NCBI GenBank assembly: GCA_963694315.1 | Contig: CAVOCU010000002.1 | Location: 1-50,083, forward strand | DNA: 50,083 nt | From: Dehalococcoidia bacterium | GTDB taxonomy: Bacteria; Chloroflexota; Dehalococcoidia; Lucifugimonadales; UBA1127 | Direction of reading: 5' to 3' | In this document: positions 45,141 through 50,083 of the stretch, piece after piece | Position numbering within the stretch: position 1 is the stretch's first letter | Layout of the letters: each line of letters begins with the position of its first letter | Made by a program: the position numbers and the translations under genes | Notes under the pieces: generated by a model | Databases searched by the model: none | The model's input: only the letters and a program-made list of their open reading frames with translations | Told to the model about the DNA's origin: nothing

Positions 45141-45767
45141 TGGGGGTCTTTCGGCTGTTCTTCCGCCATACCGCCTCGCATCGTGTTGAATCTTGTCTTG
45201 CAATCGCAGGATGCCGTCCATCAGCGCTTCAGGCCTTGGCGGGCATCCTGGGATATATACGTCAACGGGCACAATGTGGTCTACGCCCATCACCACGGAG
45301 TAGGAACGATAGTAGGGGCCGCCGTTTGTGGCGCAGCTCCCCATGGCAATGACCCACTTGGGCTCAGGCATCTGTTCGTACAGGAGCTTGATGGGCTCTT
45401 CCATCTTTTTCACCACCGTGCCCGCCACAATCATTACGTCTGATTGGCGAGGCGATGGCCAGGTGACGACGCCCATGCGGTCAAGGTCATGGTTGGCCAT
45501 GTACGTGGACATCATTTCAATGGCGCAGCATGCCAGTCCAAAGGTCAGCGGCCAAAGAGAGTTTTTCCTTGCCATGGCAAAGAGGTCCTCTGTGCGTGCA
45601 GTGATGATTCCCGGAGCTGCGCTGCGATACGGCGCTAGGGGGGCAATGTTGCCCTCAGCCGCAGAAGTCGGAGGTAACTCTAAGCTGCTGTTACGACTCC
45701 ATGGCTCGGCCCATGATGGAACTGAAGGGCTGATACCCTTGTTTACGGGTTCCTTCTTTATCGCCAT
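45105..45767 (-). CDS. nuoB: NADH-quinone oxidoreductase subunit B
   Basis: Contains [21 protein letters not shown] and [12 protein letters not shown] chose ATG 45767 because AAGGAG lies 7 nt upstream. The track ORF starts at 45848. Confidence 0.92.
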   Translation of the reverse strand: MAIKKEPVNKGISPSVPSWAEPWSRNSSLELPPTSAAEGNIAPLAPYRSAAPGIITARTEDLFAMARKNSLWPLTFGLACCAIEMMSTYMANHDLDRMGVVTWPSPRQSDVMIVAGTVVKKMEEPIKLLYEQMPEPKWVIAMGSCATNGGPYYRSYSVVMGVDHIVPVDVYIPGCPPRPEALMDGILRLQDKIQHDARRYGGRTAERPPALPGDGSGTSS

Positions 45768-46126
45768 TCCAGAACTCCTTTTCTCCAACCGTAGAGCACG
45801 CCAAACAGGAGGATGGCGATAAACAGGATCATTTCGTAGAAGATCCATGAGGCGCCCGTGAGGAAGGTCAATATCCAGGGAAAGAGGAAAACCGCCTCTA
45901 CGTCAAAGATGAGGAAGAGGATGGCAAAGATGTAGTAGCGAATATGAACCTGCGACCAGGTGAAGGGCATTGGGGGGATGCCGCACTCAAAGGGAAGCTC
46001 CTTGGCATCTGACCGCCGCTTGGGTGCGAGCATGAAGCTTCCCATGAGCATCCCGCCCATAGCTAAAAGCCCAACAATTGCAGCTAGGACAACAGCGATG
46101 TAGTTTAGGGCGTACCCTTCTGGCAT
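45758..46126 (-). CDS. nuoA: NADH-quinone oxidoreductase subunit A
   Basis: ND3-like protein with three TM helices and [12 protein letters not shown] chose ATG 46126 because GGAGGG lies upstream. Confidence 0.88.
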   Translation of the reverse strand: MPEGYALNYIAVVLAAIVGLLAMGGMLMGSFMLAPKRRSDAKELPFECGIPPMPFTWSQVHIRYYIFAILFLIFDVEAVFLFPWILTFLTGASWIFYEMILFIAILLFGVLYGWRKGVLEWR

Positions 46127-46180
46127 TTCAACCCTCCAAATAGTGCAAATACTATAGCATGGCAGAGTGTTATCCTGCAC

Positions 46181-46372
46181 CCTGACCCACAGGCCAGTCC
46201 CCGGCATGTCGCTGCGGCGAGGGGACTAAGGCTCCGGCCCCCCTGGTCTACAGGCCAATCCCCGGCATGTCGCTGCGGCGAGGGGACTAAAGCCGTATTG
46301 CCTCCGGCGGACATAGCGGTGACGGAACATTACAAAATTACACTGTAATCTCCTCGCCGCAGCGACATTTGT
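46181..46372. repeat. Repeat array upstream of nuoA: D-A-D-A-B(degenerate) in minus orientation plus one inverted A unit
   Basis: CATGTCGCTGCGGCGAGGGGACTAA(A)G occurs twice (46205-46230 and 46266-46292). The arms ATGTCGCTGCGGCGAGG (46267-46283) and CCTCGCCGCAGCGACAT (46352-46368) form a 17-bp inverted repeat with a 68-nt spacer. Confidence 0.9.
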
Positions 46373-46523
46373 AACCGCAGGAGTGTGGGTCAAGGGCATC
46401 GCCCTTGCCTGTGCTAAAATGCTCCTGCTAGCGAATAGGGAGCGGTGAAACACGAACGCCTTTGCGACTCGATACTTAGCGGCGCTGGAGTACAAGGACT
46501 ACCGGTGGCTGTGGCTTGCTGCC

Positions 46524-47702
46524 ATGAGCGGCGCGTCGGCCTATTGGGCGCTGATTGTAGCGCGCGGCGTGCTGGTACTGGAGATGTCCGGCTCCTCTGG
46601 AATGGTTGGCATCGTCACCTTTGCAGCTATGGCTCCTCGCTTTATCATCCCGCCAATAGCAGGCTACCTGGCGGATAGGTTCAATCGTAAAGACGTGTTG
46701 GCTACCGTCTACTGGGTCAACATGGTCACCACCGTGCTCCTGGCAGGTCTTGCTTTGGCAAATGTCCTGGAACTTTGGCATCTTATGACGCTGTCCGTAC
46801 TGAACGGCACCGCTCGTACCTTCCAAATGACCTCTACGGCTGCGCTGGTCCCTAATCTAGTGCCCCGTGAACGACTGCTCAATGCGGTCTCGTTGAACTC
46901 CGTGACCCAGCAAGGCTCTAGGTTGTTTGGGCCGGGCCTGATTGCGCCGTTGCTGATTTTCTATGGGCCGGACGCCGCCTTCTTGCTTAGCGCGGTGTTC
47001 TACCTTTGGGGGCTGGTGATGGTCAGTCGCATCCAGACACGCTCCACCGGAGATGTCCGGTCAGGGACGAACATGCTGGCCAGCCTTGGAATTGCGGCAT
47101 TGGTGGTGTATCAGAACCCCAAGCTGCGAGTGCTGTTTGCCCTGGTGGCGTTGCATTGCGCCATGACCATGTCCTTCGAGTCCATGTTGCCTATCTTCTC
47201 TCGCGATGTATTGGGCAGTGGCGGTGCCGGCGTCAGCTACTTGATGATGTCTGTGGGCGCAGGCGGGCTGGTATCGTCGTTGTTCATCGCCGGGGTAAAA
47301 GAGGACTGGCTCAGGGGCAGACTTCTGTTGGTGGCAGGCGTAGCCAGCGGAGGCTCCATGTTGGCGTTAGCGGCATCGCCGAACATTCTTACGGCCAGCC
47401 TTTCTGGGGTTGCTATGGGGGCGTCTCAGGCAGCGTTCATGACGTTACTTGCGGCTATGGTGCAGATGATGGCACCTGACGCTATGCGTGGTCGGATCAG
47501 CGGACTTAACCAGATAAACATTGGCGGGACAATGGCGATGGTCAACCTGGGCAATGGCTTCATCGCCGATGCCGTGGGTTCATCGGTCGTCCTGACAACC
47601 CTGGGTATAAGCTTCATGGTGGTCATGATGGTGAGCATACTGGTGACTACATTACGAAACGTGTACGTGGGTGGCGTGCCCGCTCTTGCGACGGCACCCT
47701 AG
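46524..47702 (+). CDS. MFS transporter (MFS_3/EntS-like); true start probably upstream of the first ATG
   Basis: 12-TM profile. The in-frame upstream sequence ...FATRYLAALEYKDYRWLWLAA looks like the conserved MFS_3 N-terminus, but it has no canonical start codon before the in-frame TGA at 46446. Confidence 0.8.
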   Translation: MSGASAYWALIVARGVLVLEMSGSSGMVGIVTFAAMAPRFIIPPIAGYLADRFNRKDVLATVYWVNMVTTVLLAGLALANVLELWHLMTLSVLNGTARTFQMTSTAALVPNLVPRERLLNAVSLNSVTQQGSRLFGPGLIAPLLIFYGPDAAFLLSAVFYLWGLVMVSRIQTRSTGDVRSGTNMLASLGIAALVVYQNPKLRVLFALVALHCAMTMSFESMLPIFSRDVLGSGGAGVSYLMMSVGAGGLVSSLFIAGVKEDWLRGRLLLVAGVASGGSMLALAASPNILTASLSGVAMGASQAAFMTLLAAMVQMMAPDAMRGRISGLNQINIGGTMAMVNLGNGFIADAVGSSVVLTTLGISFMVVMMVSILVTTLRNVYVGGVPALATAP

Positions 47703-47703
47703 C

Positions 47704-47967
47704 ATGGACGATGAAGCTTTTATCCAGAACATGCACAGTCGCATTGAGGAGAGCACCGGGGTGTCTATCATCTTGGAGCTTAACCACGATCAGCGTGAGG
47801 ACATTGATGTGCTCTTCAGTGGTGATACGCCTCGCGTGGTGATGGGCGCCGATGCCCTAGAGCACGCGGGCCTAGCGCGTATGTTCATGCAGTTTGCTAT
47901 CCTCAGCCTGCGGGAGGGTCGCAAAGCGGAGCAGGAAGAGTTCCTTCGGTTCCTCCGCCGTAACTAG
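47704..47967 (+). CDS. Hypothetical protein (87 aa)
   Basis: The ATG lies 1 nt after the MFS stop. I recognise no family. Confidence 0.45.
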   Translation: MDDEAFIQNMHSRIEESTGVSIILELNHDQREDIDVLFSGDTPRVVMGADALEHAGLARMFMQFAILSLREGRKAEQEEFLRFLRRN

Positions 47968-48286
47968 CCAGGGCTGGCCCTGCATATACACCCGATGTAA
48001 TAACGGGTTAACTTCCTCGAGTGACCATTAGGAACTCGGGTCAAGGGCCTCGCCCTTGGGTCAACTAGCGGCCTCAGTCACCACTGCGCCCTTGGCTGGG
48101 CGGCGCGCGGCTTGCGCCTATTGCACTACCTCCTCCATTGCACCGACGTCGGGCATGAAGATTGGCTCTTTAGCGATGTGTTTTCCTTTGTTCTTAAGCC
48201 AGTAACCCTGAGCGCGATGGGCTATATACTCAAACCAGAAAGGCCCGGAGTAAAGCCCGGTGTAGGTCGAGGAATGGTAGCACAGG

Positions 48287-48393
48287 CATATGTCGCTGCG
48301 GCGAGGGGACTAAAGTCGGCCCGTCTGGCCCGCAGACCAGTCCCCTTCATATGCGCCCAGTTGACAGACTGATTCTGCGCGCGGAGACTACAG
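48287..48393 (-). repeat. Repeat array A-D-(B/A variant), minus orientation
   Basis: CATATGTCGCTGCGGCGAGGGGACTAAAG, then TCGGCCCGTCTGGCCCGCAGACCAGTCCCC, then ...CTGCGCGCGGAGACTACAG. Confidence 0.85.
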
Positions 48394-48435
48394 CCAAATT
48401 CCAGCGAAAGCACAAGTTGAGGGGAGCGATTTTCA

Positions 48436-49146
48436 ATGCCGTGGATTAAGGTGATACAGGAGCACGAGTCCGAGGGTGAACTCAAGGAAGCCTATGAGCG
48501 CATGCGCCAAGTCAACATTGAGTACAACGATGAGATGATTCGGGACATGCCAGCCGGCCCACCAAAGGCGCATCCGGTGACACCGCCGGAGCTGTCTAGC
48601 TTGAACCCGTTGTCCATGTTGTATGGTCGGCAGTTCATGATGCAGGTCATGCGGGGCGACTCTCGAGTCACCCCGGCCCAGCGCGAGATGATTGCTACCG
48701 TGACCTCTCTGGCCAACAACTGCCGCTACTGAACTGTTGCACACGCAGGGGCCCTGCGTAGAGTTGGCGGAGATGACCTCTTGGCGGAGTTTATCCAGAA
48801 CGATTGGCGAAAGGCAGACCTGACGGACGGCGAGCGCGCCATGCTTGAGTACTCGGAGAAGCTGACCCTGACTCCTGCCATGATGGAGGAATCGGACGTT
48901 CAAGCCTTGCGAGACGCTGGCTGGGACGACAGAGATGTCCTGGACATCGCAACCGCGTGCGCCTACTTCAACTTCCGCGTGCGTATTGTTGATGGCCTGG
49001 GGCTGGAGGTTTCAGATACCACGGCGGAACGCGCCACCGAAGCTCGCGAGCACGCCAAGGAGCTTGCAGCGGAGAAGGGCGTTAAACTCCCTGGCGATAT
49101 CTGGGGCGTCGGCGAGCAGGCAAAGGCTTCCAAACCCAAAGTCTAG
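48436..49146 (+). CDS. AhpD/carboxymuconolactone-decarboxylase-family peroxidase-related protein with in-frame TGA in the redox motif (candidate selenoprotein, C-R-Y-U)
   Basis: Track ORFs 48436..48732 and 48781..49146 are in the same frame. Reading through TGA 48730-48732 gives ...VTSLANNCRY-U-TVAHAGALRRVGGDDLLAEFIQNDW..., the CxxC...H motif context of AhpD-like proteins. The N-terminus MPWIKVIQEHESEGELKEAYERM is typical of the family. RBS GAGGGGAG lies upstream. Confidence 0.65.
48743..48759 (+). promoter_or_regulatory. Candidate bacterial SECIS hairpin 10 nt downstream of the AhpD-like TGA
   Basis: ACGCAGG-GGC-CCTGCGT, a 7-bp stem with a G-rich apical loop about 18-20 nt after the UGA. 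Confidence 0.4.
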
Positions 49147-49178
49147 AAGCAGGCTAGTCTCAGACAAGAAGTACCTGA

Positions 49179-49208
49179 GAAACCCGCTCACGTAAATGAG
49201 CGGGTTTC
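49179..49208 (+). terminator. Intrinsic terminator after the AhpD-like gene
   Basis: GAAACCCGCTCA-CGTAAA-TGAGCGGGTTTC followed by CTGTTTCTTG. Confidence 0.7.
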
Positions 49209-49395
49209 CTGTTTCTTGCCCTTGGCTGAACGCAGCGTAGAATCTAAAGCCATCCTCTTACTCCAATGCACTACTTGAAACTCCCGAGTCTGGTATGCTG
49301 GGGCGCACTTAGCTATATACCATTATCGAGTAGTCGGAGACATAGGGGTCCAGAGCTCGCCCTGGCAGGTCAGTCTCAAAACATAAAGGAGAACC

Positions 49396-50016
49396 ATGTA
49401 CCTGCATCTAGAGATGAAGACAATCCCGGTAACCAGGCGCACAGAGGCATTGAACCGCTTGGGCAAGCTGCACGGGCTTATGTCCCAGTGTTCCGGCTTC
49501 CAAGAGGCCCAGATTTACAGCTACCTGGGCAATCCCGGCCAGTTCCTCATCGTCCGTACCTGGGACACTATGGAAGAACATAAGGCCTACCGCGCCAGCG
49601 ATGCGTCAAAGGCCTTCGCCGCCAGTCGACCAGAAGTGCTGCCCTGGGAGAACTACGCTGTGCAGGAGTGGGACGAATTGGTGCGATCTGCTGGCGATGC
49701 AAAGGGTAATTTCCTAATCAGGACACTCCAGAACGTGGGCGCTGGTAGCGATGCGGTGTATCTGGACAGTCGACGTGAGCGCGATGCCCTAGATATGAAG
49801 CTCGGCGGCGTGGTGGACGTTCGCACGTACAGACCTCTCACGGGCGTCGATGACCCCACCGAGGCGATGGTGTTGGAGCGGCGTGCAGACCGCGCGGGCT
49901 ACGATACCTTCTTGGAATCGGCAGCCAGCGAGAATTATGAGACCAGCGTTGCCCCCACCCTCTACACCAACCAGCTTATCGAGTGCTATGAGCTAGTGGT
50001 TGAAATTAAGGTATAG
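49396..50016 (+). CDS. Tandem ABM (antibiotic-biosynthesis-monooxygenase-like, ferredoxin-fold) domain protein
   Basis: GFQEAQIYSYLGNPGQFLIVRTWDTMEEHKAYRAS is ABM-like and a second similar half follows. AAGGAG lies 5 nt upstream. Confidence 0.5.
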   Translation: MYLHLEMKTIPVTRRTEALNRLGKLHGLMSQCSGFQEAQIYSYLGNPGQFLIVRTWDTMEEHKAYRASDASKAFAASRPEVLPWENYAVQEWDELVRSAGDAKGNFLIRTLQNVGAGSDAVYLDSRRERDALDMKLGGVVDVRTYRPLTGVDDPTEAMVLERRADRAGYDTFLESAASENYETSVAPTLYTNQLIECYELVVEIKV

Positions 50017-50030
50017 GCAGGGAAGGGGCA

Positions 50031-50083
50031 TTATTCTTCGATTTCGTCAAAACTAGCCGGCACTTCTGCGGAGGGAGTTGCTG
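50031..50083 (-). CDS. Possible 3' end of a minus-strand gene running off the window
   Basis: The open frame reads ...ATPSAEVPASFDEIEE* with a stop at 50031-50033. Only 17 codons are visible. Confidence 0.2.
   Translation of the reverse strand, partial: ATPSAEVPASFDEIEE

Noticed and set aside
46446-46448. In-frame TGA upstream of the MFS gene as a third selenocysteine codon.
   Set aside because: There is no redox motif, no Cys-equivalent context, no convincing RBS for the upstream ATG (46419) and no clear hairpin. An indel or an atypical start is more plausible.
46105-46495. Intergenic ORFs containing FSPLAAAT / SLSPLAAATCRGLA peptides, also 5487..5684 and 48222..48485.
   Set aside because: They are simply translations of the repeat units (CTTTAGTCCCCTCGCCGCAGCGACA), not genes.
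1-50083. tRNA, rRNA, riboswitch, transposase, integrase, toxin-antitoxin or defence-system genes.
   Set aside because: I scanned the intergenic gaps by eye for T-loop-like GGTTCGAATCC motifs and the ORF track for IS, phage or defence hallmarks, and found none. A covariance-model or HMM scan would be needed to exclude small ncRNAs.

Overview
This is a densely coding, moderately GC-rich bacterial chromosomal window, with most genes on the minus strand and mostly core metabolism. All identifications come from reading the ORF track and sequence for family motifs; no searches were run. Recognised genes are htrA, rplY/ctc, a moeB-type adenylyltransferase next to a cysteine synthase, proB-proA, mfd, purF-purM-purH, obg-nadD-pyrE, tsaD, a split TPP decarboxylase (ComDE-like), several small redox proteins, an MFS transporter and a nuo (complex I) operon. 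I saw no rRNA, tRNA, CRISPR array, transposase, integrase or phage genes. Four things are not routine. (1) A modular hairpin repeat family with a CTTTAGTC core and an accompanying GGGACTGGCC module fills most intergenic gaps: about 18 loci and more than 40 cores. It also occurs in frame inside coding sequence (tsaD, the nuoI tail, the nuoB/nuoC junction). (2) The nuo operon is the 11-subunit type. nuoD overlaps nuoH directly, so nuoEFG are absent here, and a two-subunit 2-oxoacid:ferredoxin oxidoreductase pair sits between nuoC and nuoD. (3) Two candidate selenoprotein genes are hidden by in-frame TGA codons: a glutaredoxin-like protein with a U-P-T-C motif and an AhpD/CMD-like protein with a C-R-Y-U motif. 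Each has a hairpin just downstream of the TGA. (4) Three genes look disrupted: a HAD hydrolase with an in-frame TAA, a 5'-truncated and frameshifted LLM/F420-type oxidoreductase remnant, and a frameshifted CARDB-like surface protein. The gene content suggests a marine Chloroflexota (SAR202-like) genome, but that is only a guess.
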